Made by a program: the position numbers and the translations under genes. Below the pieces are notes generated by a model, which searched no databases, was not told the origin of the DNA, and was given only the letters and a program-made list of their open reading frames with translations. A stretch of 64,000 bases of DNA from contig CATNEN010000007.1 in NCBI GenBank assembly GCA_950097015.1, forward strand, positions 1,550,001 to 1,614,000, written 5' to 3'. This stretch comes from Macrostomum hystrix (taxonomy: Eukaryota > Animalia > Platyhelminthes). Of the stretch, positions 37,501 to 48,945 are shown one piece after another (the first letter of the stretch is position 1; each line of letters begins with the position of its first letter).

Positions 37501-38611
37501 CAGGTACATAGCTATCCCGGGGAGATCCACTCTGCGTGCCAGGTACATAGCTATCCCGGGGAGATCCACTCTGCGTGCCAGGTACATAGCTATCCCGGGG
37601 AGATCCACTCTGCGTGCCAGGTACATAGCTATCCCGGGGAGATCCACTCTGCGTGCCAGGTACATAGCTATCCCGGGGAGATCCACTCTGCGTGCCAGGT
37701 ACATAGCTATCCCGGGGAGATCCACTCTGCGTGCCAGGTACATAGCTATCCCGGGGAGATCCACTCTGCGTGCCAGGTACATAGCTATCCCGGGGAGATC
37801 CACTCTGCGTGCCAGGTACATAGCTATCCCGGGGAGATCCACTCTGCGTGCCAGGTACATAGCTATCCCGGGGAGATCCACTCTGCGTGCCAGGTACATA
37901 GCTATCCCGGGGAGATCCACTCTGCGTACCAGGTACATAGCTATCCCGGGGAGATCCACTCCGAGTGCCAGGTACATAGCCGTTCACGTGGGATGAGCTC
38001 TGACAGATAGTTACACAGCGGCTCCTGAGAGATGCACTCTGTCTGACAGATGCATAACCTTCTATGGAAGCTGGGCGCACTCCGCCGAATGCATGGCTTT
38101 CTCTGGGAGCAGCGCGCACTATGCCATAAGCGTTGCTGTATGTGCGAGCTGTACTGTCTTTTCCTGTCGCGTTTGTCTCTTTGGGGACTGTACGATTCAG
38201 GCCAGCCGGTTGAGTTACTCCCTCTTCGTCGGCTTCATCGCTATCTTCATCAGCTACATTGCTAAATTTGCCACTTTTTGCAGTACTAAATTCTCCTCCA
38301 CCTCTGAAGGATTCTCTACCGTATTGCAATTGCACTCTATCTCTGTATGCGTCTTCTTGCATGCCCCGTTCACAGATGATTTGCCACAGTGCCTTATGGT
38401 AGCGCCGTTTGCAATCCAGAATGCGCTTACGCACGGGCTCCAGGTCCACGCCGAGGTCGACAACGGAGCTGAATATGCCTAATGATAGAGAGCCGAAAGG
38501 GATGCCATTCATGTCTGCAGCGAATTCTGAAAGGTCCACTATTGCTTGCAAATTAGTGAAAAAATAGCATAAATTTGCGTTCTTATCGAAAGTTTCAAGT
38601 AGTTTGCACAT
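34511..38611 (-). CDS. Orphan ~1360-aa protein with ~60 tandem 13-aa repeats (SGSPRDSYVPGTQ and EIAARQDCYEASR types)
   Basis: 4.1-kb open frame that includes ~200 aa and ~350 aa of non-repetitive flanks; the 39-bp units keep frame. First ATG is at 38611 (alternative 38512, or an upstream exon). No family recognised. Confidence 0.65.
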   Translation of the reverse strand: MCKLLETFDKNANLCYFFTNLQAIVDLSEFAADMNGIPFGSLSLGIFSSVVDLGVDLEPVRKRILDCKRRYHKALWQIICERGMQEDAYRDRVQLQYGRESFRGGGEFSTAKSGKFSNVADEDSDEADEEGVTQPAGLNRTVPKETNATGKDSTARTYSNAYGIVRAAPRESHAFGGVRPASIEGYASVRQSASLRSRCVTICQSSSHVNGYVPGTRSGSPRDSYVPGTQSGSPRDSYVPGTQSGSPRDSYVPGTQSGSPRDSYVPGTQSGSPRDSYVPGTQSGSPRDSYVPGTQSGSPRDSYVPGTQSGSPRDSYVPGTQSGSPRDSYVPGTQSGSPRDSYVPGTQSGSPRDSYVPGTQSGSPRDSYVPGTQSGSPRDDYVPGRQSASPRDGNVPGRLSGSPRDGYVSGRPSGSPQDGNVPGRLSGSPRDGYVTGRPSGSPQDGNVPGRLSGSPRDGYVSGRPSGSPQYGNVPGRLSGSPRDGYVTGRPSGSPQDGNVPGRLSGSPRDGYVSGRPSGSPQDGNVPGRLSGSPRDGYVSGRPSGSPQYGNVPGRLSGSPRDGYVTGRPSGSPQDGNVPGRLSGSPRDGYVSGRPSGSPQYGNLPGRLSGSPRDGYVPGTQSGSPRDSYVPGTQSGSPRDSYVTDRPSGSPQDGNVPGRLSGSPRDGYVTDRPSGSPQYGNVPGRLSGSPRDGCVTDRPSGSPQYGNVPGRLSGSPRDGYVTDRPSGSPQYGNVLGRLSGSPRDGCVTGRQSASPRDGYVRGRLTESPRESCITVRQSASLREGYVPSRQSASTRDGPISGSQSASPKIVCGTGRQSSSPRDNYESGRDIAARQDCYEASREIAARQDCYEASREIAARQDCYEASREIAARQDCYEASREIAARQDCYDASREIAAREDCYEASREIAARQDCYDASREIAACQDCYDASREIAARQDCYEASREIAARQNGYEPSREIAARQDCYDASREIAARQNGYEPSRAIAVRQDSIANTTAGYSNGNLTSRQIGSSRDNFETVRDIAAPRDRCATGREVGASRDSCAIGRESTVSVGTDIISREEALKVSIQKDSTDNLLGDDVVYVPVEDEVVNTDFSENPDSKGCHLRRDIEADNPFEMPKTLQRPNMSKSLLLKRKQEGSALLAELYKLHMDMSPLKFKAETIERVGEANNATRGFHQQQLLQYERQRSLAPRAQTNHIEQHPNTQICRRNNLPQKRAQQKGQPSELLHEHRQSLSHHQNAPVSHISKLRPLLQLDQSSQNLLDRNESDIAQAMPAINYRPRAQLLEDNSKQTPSCSSDSSWSTHEDASSDIKRLQKQSKTTEKRANYFPLICGEWMGCCSVTARRELQKKQKKTVVSAAKEPVAQD

Positions 38612-39142
38612 AGACACTCTAGACGGTGAGTAGGCTCAGGCTAAGCTCAGACTCTGGATTCTGGAGAAAATTATAGAATGGAGTGCTATTCTGAGCCAGA
38701 TATTTTTTCCGCCCAATTTTCACTTTTAGCATCCTAGCCACCCGTTATTTTTTATTGGCTCGTGAATGCCATAGACGAACGCATTTTCGAGCAACCATTA
38801 TAGCTCTCAACTAGCTCAAAAAGAAATTATGCCAACGAAACTTGTGACAGTTGTGAGTTTTTCATTTTCATTTGACAAATATATATATAAGAAAATAAGA
38901 CTTTTATAAACAAAGCTATATAAAAACAATGGAGCTTAATGTTGGGCATGCTGTACTAAGATTAACGGATTTGTACTTGCTCCAGATCAAAAGCAATAGC
39001 TAGTTGATTATGTGCTGAAAAAATGACTTTTCCTATCTCCGCAGTGCATTTTTTCCAGGAAATCGGCCTTCAAAAAATTTACACGATCTTTGAGTTTCCC
39101 GTCCTGTTATACTACAGTGGTCCTCGGGTTTACCGTATAGTA

Positions 39143-39775
39143 GACTATAGTAAAGAAATGAAATCGATTTAGTCAAGTCCCTCTAAATCTGTCTTTTGTA
39201 ACTTTTATTAGGTCAAAGTGAATTTTATTTAGTCGTTTAGCCATGAGACGAAAGCTTAAACAAGAACAACACAAACCAAAAACTTTATGTCACGACACTT
39301 CCCCTTTTCAATTTAATCAACAATGTCTTCCATGGCAATGCAGCGGGGTATGTACCGAAGGCTCTCACGATGCCAGGCTTCGCAGTGAGGCTGTGTGACA
39401 GCTGCCATACTCGCCTCCAGTTCGCGCTCAAGAATGTGAGCGCGGTGTTCTTGTAGACTGATGCCAATTGCGTTGGCAGCGTTCCTGAGACTACGTCTCA
39501 ATGCCTGAACGCGTCAACTTTGTTCGTATTTAACGAAAACATTTCTGGCAGACTGACGTGGAATGTTTAGCTGTCTCGCTAGTTGCTGCCAATCGACATT
39601 GCCAATAAAGGCGTCGATGAGTCTTCGCCGATCCTTCTTAGAGATTGTAACTCTGCGAATGCCTACAGCTGCCGTCATGATGACTAAATAAAATTCACTT
39701 TGACTAAAATCAAGTCATGGAAAGGTTTAAAAACGCGGCACTTGACTAAATCGATTTCATTTCTTTACTATAGTC
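39143..39775 (-). mobile_element. Internally deleted Tc1/IS630-type DNA transposon
   Basis: Perfect 36-bp TIRs with TA on both sides. Minus strand encodes an HTH-like N-terminus (KKDRRRLIDAF...LARQLNIPRQSARNVFVKY) and a transposase-like C-terminus (CEAWHRESLRYIPRC). Confidence 0.8.
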
Positions 39776-40682
39776 TATGGTAAACCCAAAGTGCTGACAA
39801 AATCAAACTCACTTTTCTAGGACTGATGGGGCCAAGGACTAAATAAAACTCACTTATGTCCAAAAAAATTGTTAAAAGGTGTACTATCTGCGAATCTACT
39901 TAAATATACTTCTTCTGTTCAAAAATTCTGGTTTCTAAGAATTATACTTTTTTACATTTTTTATGTACGGATGTGACAGTATGCTCTGTTTAGACTGATT
40001 CATTTTATTATTTTTTTTAATTGAAAACGATAAACGAACAGATACTAATTATTTTATTTTATTACTATGTAAATTTTATAGGATGCAATTCCACACCAAA
40101 AATAAAGTTCGATTTAATTCCATTTGCTCAGCTGCCACTGCAATAGACAAACAAACCAGAGAATTACCATTGCAACTAATAGTCATAGACAGGCTGCAGT
40201 TGTGCTGCAAAAATGGATACATTTTTAATATATGTGTACCTGTATATAATATGACTATGTAATGTTATGCACATATTTATACTGAACTGAAGTATTGTCT
40301 ATCAGATGTCTTATCTTAGCTATGTTTTTAATTTTTGGCATGTCAAATGTGCATGCTGATCTTGCAGAATGCTGGCTTGTAGTCCATTGTATGCCAACAA
40401 TGGTGAGTGTATGCCTGATTAATCTGGTGTACACTCCCTCTTCTGGACTAGCCTATGGGTCTCTCTCAAGTAACTAACTTGGTTTATATTTGTAAAACAT
40501 TTACATTCTAAGAGAATTAAACTAAATTATTAAATTATTTGGTTGCCAATAGTCACATGGCTTATAGGCAGATAAGAAATTAAATCCAATAATTATATAT
40601 AATTTGATAGTTATTTTTTGCCTGCAGCTACAGTTGTCTAGAAAAATAAATGAGCAACATTTTCCTAATAGTAGTAATGTGA

Positions 40683-41377
40683 GGGTGCTAGTCACTTCAT
40701 CATCTACCATATCGTCATATTGGATGACGAACTGACCAATTTAAATGGGTGCGCTGTTGACAGATGACGAAGTGACCAAGGTCCAACAGTTAATTGATTT
40801 GCAGATGACGAAGTGACTTAGATTATACTAATCTGAGAATTGTGCATGTAATGAGTAGGGCCTATAGTTTGTTCCTGTAAGTGTTTGTGTAAGCGCATAT
40901 TAATGTAAGTTTTTCAGTGCCACTTGCAAGGGGAGATGGACATATATATGATATACATACTTTGCGTATCTGCGTACTTAATTTTTAGGCACCCTATTTA
41001 GTGCGTACATTGCCAATGTGCATCTATGCTTAAGTTTGAGACTGTTTGATCGCGCAATATTGTAGGCGATCCAGTGCTGGTTGATTTATGCAGCGAGCAA
41101 CAATCTGACAATGCACAATTACGTACAGTTTTAAAATGTTTTACTTTACTTTTTAGTCTCATTATTTTACTTATACTTTTATTTTACTATTTTACAGCTC
41201 TATAGCTGATTGGCAGATGACGAAGTGACTAAGAATGAGGAGTGAGCCAATTCGAAGATGACAAAGTGACTAATGTTTGGCAGTGCCTTCATTAGTATAT
41301 GACGAACTGACCTAGGGCAATCATATTTTGGCGAAACCTCATTTGACGAAAAAGTTATGAGGAAGTGACTAGGATCC
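40683..41377. mobile_element. Non-autonomous MULE/MuDR-like element
   Basis: 21-bp imperfect TIRs starting GG, a 9-bp TSD GTAATGTGA, and clustered subterminal GATGACGAAGTGAC motifs. Confidence 0.75.
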
Positions 41378-43125
41378 GTAATGTGACATACTATGTGATT
41401 CTAAATTAGTTTAACAATACTATTAGGCCATATATTAGTTTAAAAAACTTTTTGAGCTATAATATACTATATGAAAAGTATAGAAACAATTAAATATTTT
41501 TGGCATTCTTTTCAAATTGTTGCTTAAACTGTTTTTCTAAAAAGTTTTATTTTAAATTGATGCAAAAGCATTAAGAAATGATTTTGAAACAATGGGAAAC
41601 AATGAAAAAATCAAACAATTATATGATGGATGTCAAAATGTTGTATCCAAATTCTGCAGGATTGTGTGTCAAAATTCAGTAGGGGTAATAATAAGGGAGT
41701 TTGGACAGTGCTACCAGGCGGCCTCCTAGCTAACATAGTGTTTATAGGCTTTAGGTGTGTTAGTTAATGGTAGAAAATTAGTAGTGTTAGCAGAATGCAG
41801 AAAATGTGTTAATACTTCCCCTCCCACTAACCAGCTCATCCCTTTTGGACATAGACACTCCCAAGCATTTCAACCATTTTATTTTATTTCCCCTGCACTG
41901 AACATTTGCCACAGACAAGTTCCCCAGAACCCCAGAAGAGGCAGCCCCAGTTCAGTTAGTGCAAAAAAGCTGCCTTAATGATCAAAATTCCAAGTTGTCA
42001 CATTGATTTGAAATGATACTTTTCAGAAAAACTGTTTAACAAATGATTTGAAAAGAATGCCTATTTTTACATAATAATAAAATTCCTTTCTATAAGTATA
42101 GTATAACTTGAATAGGTTGAGACAAGAATTTATATGAGAAGAGGATGAGATAAGAAATTATATCTCAAGATTTACAGCTAATATAGTAATTCTAAGTTTA
42201 AAAAAACTAAAAATACACAATTAGTAACCAGTTGCAATGCTCAAATGAGTCAAGATCCCATTGAACCTTTTTTCATTACCACATCAATTATTGAATGTGA
42301 CATAAGGAATGTCTAGATCAATTTACAAATGCCATAACTTAACATGATGCCGTATTAGCATATTTTGAACAAAATTTAACATTTAGCCTCTGATTGCATC
42401 TGTAACAAATAGCAATGATATAAGAATAGAACTGTTCTGAACAAGCAGCATTATTATGACCTTATTGCAATTTGGTCTCTCAATTAACTCTCCAAGGCAA
42501 GACTTCGTTTTCGTGAATTCATTTAAGTATCAGGCTGCTAAACCGCCTACTGCTAGTAGTAGCCAAGACAGGAAATATCTAAGATATTTTTAACACTATT
42601 GTAATGCTGACATGCTAGTATGCTAATGCTGCCTGTCATTTAAATTTTGTAATTTTCAATAAATCTGCTAGATATTGGTACAAAGGACAAACTTCTAACT
42701 TTAGAATTTAATCTGTATTGCTGAAATTTCCAGCCCAATTTGCAGTTAGGTGCATAATTCAAGTGCTTTCTGTAGTTACTCTTTTGACCTATAAGCAAAA
42801 ATGATGTCTGTTTCAGCATTTCCTTACGCTTACAACTGATGAATTATTCGGCTCCCAGCTTGTGGGTTGTTATTCTTAATAAAATATTCTGAATACTGTC
42901 TAGACGGCCCCTGTTGTGCATTTGCCAAATTTCCGTTCTGTAAATCTCTCTCACTGTATCTATCATGGCTATTTTTCGTACTTTTATTTTGTTTTCTTCC
43001 CATGATATGTTTATGCATCGCAATGGCTTCTTTCACATAACTTCTTTTACAAACACTCTACGGGACAGCTTTTGTGGTGCGCAGTTTTTAACATACTCAA
43101 TGAAATTTTAACAATCTTATTGAAG

Positions 43126-46028
43126 GAATCAGAGCAGCTCTCCTCAATTCTTCAGCCAATCAGAGCAGCTCTCCCCAATTCTTCAGCCAATCAAAGCAGC
43201 TCTCCACAATCCTTTAGCCAATCAGAGCAGCTCTCCCCAATTCTTCAGCCAATCAGAGCAGCTCTCCACAATCCTCCAGGCAATCAGAGCAGCTCTCCAC
43301 AATCCTCCAGGCAATCAGAGCAGCTTTCTCCGATCCTTGAGCCAATCAGAACAGCTCTCCACAATCCTTCAGCCAATCAGAGCAGCTCTCCCCAATCCTT
43401 CAGCCAATCAGAGCAGCCCTCCACAATCCTTCAGCCAGTCAGAGCAGCTCTCTTCAATCTTCAGGCAATCAGAGCAGCTCTCTCCGATCTACAGGCAATC
43501 AGAGCAGCTCTCTCCGATCTTCAGGCAATCGGAGCAGCTCTCTCCGATCTTCAGGCAATCAGAGCAGCTCTCTCCGATCTACAGGCAATCAGAGCAGCTC
43601 TCTCTGATCTTCAGGCAATCAGAGCAGCTCTCTCTCTGATCTTCAGGCAATCAGAGCAGCTCTCTCCGATCTACAGGCAATCAGAGCAGCTCTCTCCGAT
43701 CTTCAGGCAATCAGAGCAGCTCTCTCCGATCTTCAGGCAATCAGAGCAGCTCTCTCCGATCTACAGGCAATCAGAGCAGCTCTCTCTGATCTTCAGGCAA
43801 TCAGAGCAGCTCTCTCTCTGATCTTCAGGCAATCAGAGCAGCTCTCTCCGATCTTCAGGCAATCAGAGCAGCTCTCTCCGATCTTCAGGCAATCAGAGCA
43901 GCTCTCTCTGATCTTCAGGCAATCAGAGCAGCTCTCTCTGATCTTCAGGCAACCAGAGCAGCTCTCTCCGATCTACAGGCAATCAGAACAGCTCTCTCTG
44001 ATCTTCAGGCAACCAGAGCAGCTCTCTCCGATCTACAGGCAATCAGAGCAGCTCTCTCTGATCTACAGCCAATCAGAGCAGCTCTCCACAATCCTCCAGG
44101 CAATCAGAGCAGCTTTCTCCGATCCTTGAGCCAATCAGAACAGCTCTCCACAATCCTTCAGCCAATCAGAGCAGCTCTCCCCAATTCTTCAGCCAATCAG
44201 AGCAGCTCTCCACAATCCTCCAGGCAATCAGAGCAGCTCTCCACAATCCTCCAGGCAATCAGAGCAGCTTTCTCCGATCCTTGAGCCAATCAGAACAGCT
44301 CTCCACAATCCTTCAGCCAATCAGAGCAGCTCTCCCCAATCCTTCAGCCAATCAGAGCAGCCCTCCACAATCCTTCAGCCAGTCAGAGCAGCTCTCTTCA
44401 ATCTTCAGGCAATCAGAGCAGCTCTCTCCGATCTACAGGCAATCAGAGCAGCTCTCTCCGATCTTCAGGCAATCGGAGCAGCTCTCTCCGATCTTCAGGC
44501 AATCAGAGCAGCTCTCTCCGATCTACAGGCAATCAGAGCAGCTCTCTCTGATCTTCAGGCAATCAGAGCAGCTCTCTCTCTGATCTTCAGGCAATCAGAG
44601 CAGCTCTCTCCGATCTACAGGCAATCAGAGCAGCTCTCTCCGATCTTCAGGCAATCAGAGCAGCTCTCTCCGATCTTCAGGCAATCAGAGCAGCTCTCTC
44701 CGATCTACAGGCAATCAGAGCAGCTCTCTCTGATCTTCAGGCAATCAGAGCAGCTCTCTCTCTGATCTTCAGGCAATCAGAGCAGCTCTCTCCGATCTTC
44801 AGGCAATCAGAGCAGCTCTCTCCGATCTTCAGGCAATCAGAGCAGCTCTCTCTGATCTTCAGGCAATCAGAGCAGCTCTCTCTGATCTTCAGGCAACCAG
44901 AGCAGCTCTCTCCGATCTACAGGCAATCAGAACAGCTCTCTCTGATCTTCAGGCAACCAGAGCAGCTCTCTCCGATCTACAGGCAATCAGAGCAGCTCTC
45001 TCTGATCTACAGCCAATCAGAGCAGCTCTCCACAATCCTCCAGGCAATCAGAGCAGCTCTCCACAATCCTCCAGGCAATCAGAGCAGCTTTCTCCGATCC
45101 TTGAGCCAATCAGAGCAGCTCTCCACAATCCTTCAGCCAATCAGAGCAGCTCTCCCCAATCCTTCAGCCAATCAGAGCAGCCCTCCACAATCCTTCAGCC
45201 AGTCAGAGCAGCTCTCTTCAATCTTCAGGCAATCAGAGCGGCTCTCTCCGATCTACAGGCAATCAGAGCAGCTCTCTCCGATCTTCAGGCAATCAGAGCA
45301 GCTCTCTCCGATCTTCAGGCAATCAGAGCAGCTCTCTCCGATCTACAGGCAATCAGAGCAGCTCTCTCTGATCTTCAGGCAATCAGAGCAGCTCTCTCTC
45401 TGATCTTCAGGCAATCAGAGCAGCTCTCTCCGATCTTCAGGCAATCAGAGCAGCTCTCTCCGATCTTCAGGCAATCAGAGCAGCTCTCTCTGATCTTCAG
45501 GCAATCAGAGCAGCTCTCTCTGATCTTCAGGCAACCAGAGCAGCTCTCTCCGATCTACAGGCAATCAGAACAGCTCTCTCTGATCTTCAGGCAACCAGAG
45601 CAGCTCTCTCCGATCTACAGGCAATCAGAGCAGCTCTCTCTGATCTACAGGCAATCAGAGCAGCTCTCTCCGATCTTCAGGCAATAAGAGCAGCTCTCTC
45701 TGATCTTCAGGCAACCAGAGCAGCTCTCTCCGATCTACAGGCAATCAGAGCAGCTCTCTCTGATCTTCAGGCAATCAGAGCAGCTCTCTCCGATCTTCAG
45801 GCAATCAGAGCAGCTCTCTCCGATCTTCAGGCAATCAGAGCAGCTCTCTCTGATCTTCAGGCAACCAGAGCAGCTCTCTCCGATCTACAGGCAATCAGAA
45901 CAGCTCTCTCTGATCTTCAGGCAATCAGAGCAGCTCTCTCTGATCTTCAGGCAATCAGAGCAGCTCTCTCCGATCTTCAGGCAATCAGAGCAGCTCTCTC
46001 CGATCTACAGGCAATCAGAGCAGCTCTC
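43126..46028. repeat. 30-bp satellite with higher-order blocks
   Basis: Units GCAATCAGAGCAGCTCTCTCCGATCTTCAG and GCCAATCAGAGCAGCTCTCCACAATCCTTCA; blocks recur at 43337, 44281 and 45101. Confidence 0.95.
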
Positions 46029-46764
46029 ATAAGATTGTCTGATTGGCAAAAGTGAGGCAACCAAGTTAGCTTGCTGTCCTTCGCCTTATAAGAAGCGCAG
46101 GTTTTGTCTGTGCTATTTGCTGTTCAGCCTCGACTTACAAATCCGGCTCAGCCAAATCTAGGCACCCAGACAGACAGACAAATAGACAGTTTGTTAGCTG
46201 TGGCGGGCCGCGGCTCCCGTTATTAATTCCAGACTGGAAGAATGGTCTTACCGCGGTGCATCCTCAGCCAGGTTTAGATTTAGTATGATGGCAACATATT
46301 TGATGGATGGACGCTGGATGAGTGAAACATGCTTCAGTCTAAACATTTGAAAGAATTTAAAATAGGCCAAAAGACTAGGTGAACAGATATAAATTGTAAA
46401 ACAAATATTTACACATGTTTATTGTGCATTGTAGCTTCATAATATTATCAAATCCGTAATGCGGTGTTTGCATACTAATGCGTCGATCAATTATAGACAA
46501 TAATATAAGATTCTATGTGAATGTGTAAGATAATATCAATGTGAAGCTAGAATAGACGCCAATTCTGATATGGGTGAGAGTGAGGGTTAGGTCGTGGAAT
46601 TCAGGCCTATAGGAAGGTAAGAATTTATTGGAAGATAAGCGCTCCCAAATCGCACATTCCGTTTCTGGAATGCTTGCCAAGTTTAGTCGCGCCGATTGAC
46701 CCACCTTCGACCTGCATTGTTTGTGGCGGGGGCGTTTTTTGAAATTCCTAGTTGGTCTAGTATG

Positions 46765-47480
46765 CTTTAGGGAATCAGAAATACACTCCGATATGCTTCA
46801 GGGAATCAGGGACTCTCCAATATGCATCAGGAAATCAGGGGCACTCTTCAAAATGCTTCAGGAAATCAGAGACTCCAATATGCTTCAGGAAATTAGGGAC
46901 TCTTCAAAATGCTTCAGGGAATCAGGGACACTCTCCAATATGCATCAGGAAATCAGGGACTCTTCAATATGCTTCAGGAAATCAGGGACTCTTCAATATG
47001 CTTCAGGAAATCAGGGACTCTTCAAAATGCTTCAGGAAATCAGGGACTCTTCAAAATGCTTCAGGAAATCAGGGACTCTTCAATATGCTTCAGGAAATCA
47101 GGGACACCACCATATGCTTCAGGAAATCAGGGAATCTTCAAAAATGCTTCAGGGAATCAGGGAATCTTCAAAATGCTTCAGGGAATCAGGGAATCTTCAA
47201 AATGCTTCAGGGAATCAGGGACACTCCAATATGCATCAGGAAATCAGGGACTCTTCAAAATGCTTCAGGGAATCAGGGACACTCCAATATGCATCAGGAA
47301 ATCAGGGACTCTCCAATAGGCTTCAGGAAATCAGGGACTCTCCAATAGGCTTCAGGAAATCAGGGAATCTTCAAAATGCTTCAGGGAATCAGGGAATCTT
47401 CAAAATGCTTCAGGGAATCAGGGAATCTTCAAAATGCTTCAGGGAATCAGGGACACTCCAATATGCATCAGGAAATCAGG
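46765..47480. repeat. ~30-bp minisatellite
   Basis: Unit ATGCTTCAGGAAATCAGGGACTCTTCAAA. Confidence 0.9.
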
Positions 47481-48040
47481 GTCACTTTAAAAGTTTCTTT
47501 AGCTTTGTTTTAAAATTCCATCCCATTAGCGTTCCATTCTTCGGTTACAATTTGACTTCAAATGAAAAAACGCTTGTAATCTAAATAGCATTTTTAACGA
47601 CACTTCAATTTAGTCAGAGAGAGAGAGCGTCATTCCCCGTATGCGCAAGTGCCTCTGACTGGGTTGCGCTAAGGAATTCTCGACATTCTTTTTCGTGTTT
47701 CTCTCTCTCTCTCTCTCTTTCTCTCTCGGAATTCGGCGTGGCTTGGGTGGTCACAATTTTGTTCGCTTACGCAGACAAAAACACTTCTGCGCGCCACCTG
47801 CCTTTGGCTTGACCCACCGCCACCAGTGAAATTGGCCTGGATACTTCATAACAGCAGTCTGGGCTGTTTCCGCGCGGCCTGATTGGTCCCATATAGATTC
47901 CTCGCGTCTGTCGCTAGGGGCCTCCGTGTAGGAAGAAAGTCCGCCCGACCCCGACGTGAAATTCCTTTCAAAGCGGCCTCCCCTAACCGCTGGATCCATT
48001 ATAAATAGTCCACGCGGAGCCAGGCATTGGTTTCCTCAAT

Positions 48041-48048
48041 TATAAAAA
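48041..48048 (+). promoter_or_regulatory. TATA box of the VGLL4-like gene
   Basis: TATAAAAA 80 nt before the ATG; a second TATAAATA lies at ~48000. Confidence 0.45.
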
Positions 48049-48120
48049 GCTGTCTATTTTCCAACTATTTGCTGGCCAATAAGAGAAATTATCTTATTAT
48101 TTATCAAATCTGCTAAAGGC

Positions 48121-48711
48121 ATGGCAGTAAAACCTGTGAAACGGTAATTGCACCTATTGTATTAAGTATTGATTATCATATTTGAACGGATTTATTTGTA
48201 ATAATACATTATAATTACTCACTTCACCAGCTTATTGAAGCCAACGGGTCCGCTATCCAAGCGAGCTGTTCACCCGCCTTCAGTAGTAGCAGCAGCAGCC
48301 ACGCAGTCAACTACAACCACTGTAACGCACACCTGCCTTGGCCTCGGCAGTCAAGAAGATCTTGTAGATCGTCATTTTCGTCTGTCACTCATGCTAACCC
48401 GCTGTCGGCAGCCGCAACAGCAGCAGCAACAGCAGCAGCAGCATCTGCTAATGCGCCAGCTCCTGTCCATGGCTGTTGGCGCTGTGTCTGTGACAGCGGA
48501 CGAGCTCACAGATTTGCACTTCCGTCTGTCCCTAGGCCGACAATGGCCCTTAACTTCAGATGCCACCACTTTGCCACCAGCGCGCCAGCCGCCATCCAGG
48601 CAGTTAGGGGAGCCAGCCGCAATGTTCAAATGCTGTCCGCCAGAGAGGCGGAATTTCTTAGTTAAAGTTGGCAAACTGGGCGGCAAGCGAGCCAAGCGTT
48701 TAATTAAATGA
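48121..48711 (+). CDS. VGLL4: Vestigial-like 4 / Tgi-like TEAD cofactor with two TDU motifs; join(48121-48143,48231-48711), 167 aa
   Basis: Motifs LVDRHFRLSL and LTDLHFRLSLGRQW resemble TDU1/TDU2 (VEEHFRRSL, VDDHFAKALGDTW). Phase-matched 87-nt GT-AG intron, poly-Q linker, upstream TATA. Confidence 0.7.
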
Positions 48712-48871
48712 ATTGGAAACTGTTTGGCGCATAACGATTGTTCGCGTCTCTTTATCATAGCCATGCTAGTCTGTGTCTCGATAAATAAATTGCTTGTGTT
48801 TGCTGTATCTTGCCTTACAAAGCACGTTTGTTTATACAGATATATATTTGACTTTAAGATCTTACAATCTT

Positions 48872-48945
48872 TAACTTGTAGCTCAGTCCGGAGAGAGCCT
48901 CGCACTTTTGACCCAGAGGTCCTGAGTTCGATTCTCAGCTTATTG
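48872..48945 (+). pseudogene. tRNA-Lys(UUU)-like pseudogene or SINE head
   Basis: D-arm GCTC/GAGC and T-arm CTGAG-TTCGATT-CTCAG are intact with loop CTTTTGA; the anticodon and acceptor stems do not pair. Confidence 0.6.

Noticed and set aside
35599-38010. Plus-strand and alternative-frame ORFs over the 39-bp repeats
   Set aside because: These are shadows of the repeat. Only the 34511-38617 frame continues through both unique flanks.
41650-41930. Weak inverted similarity
   Set aside because: Too degenerate to define termini by eye.
43072-47584. ORFs in the 30-bp satellites
   Set aside because: Repeat-derived, with frameshifting CT insertions.
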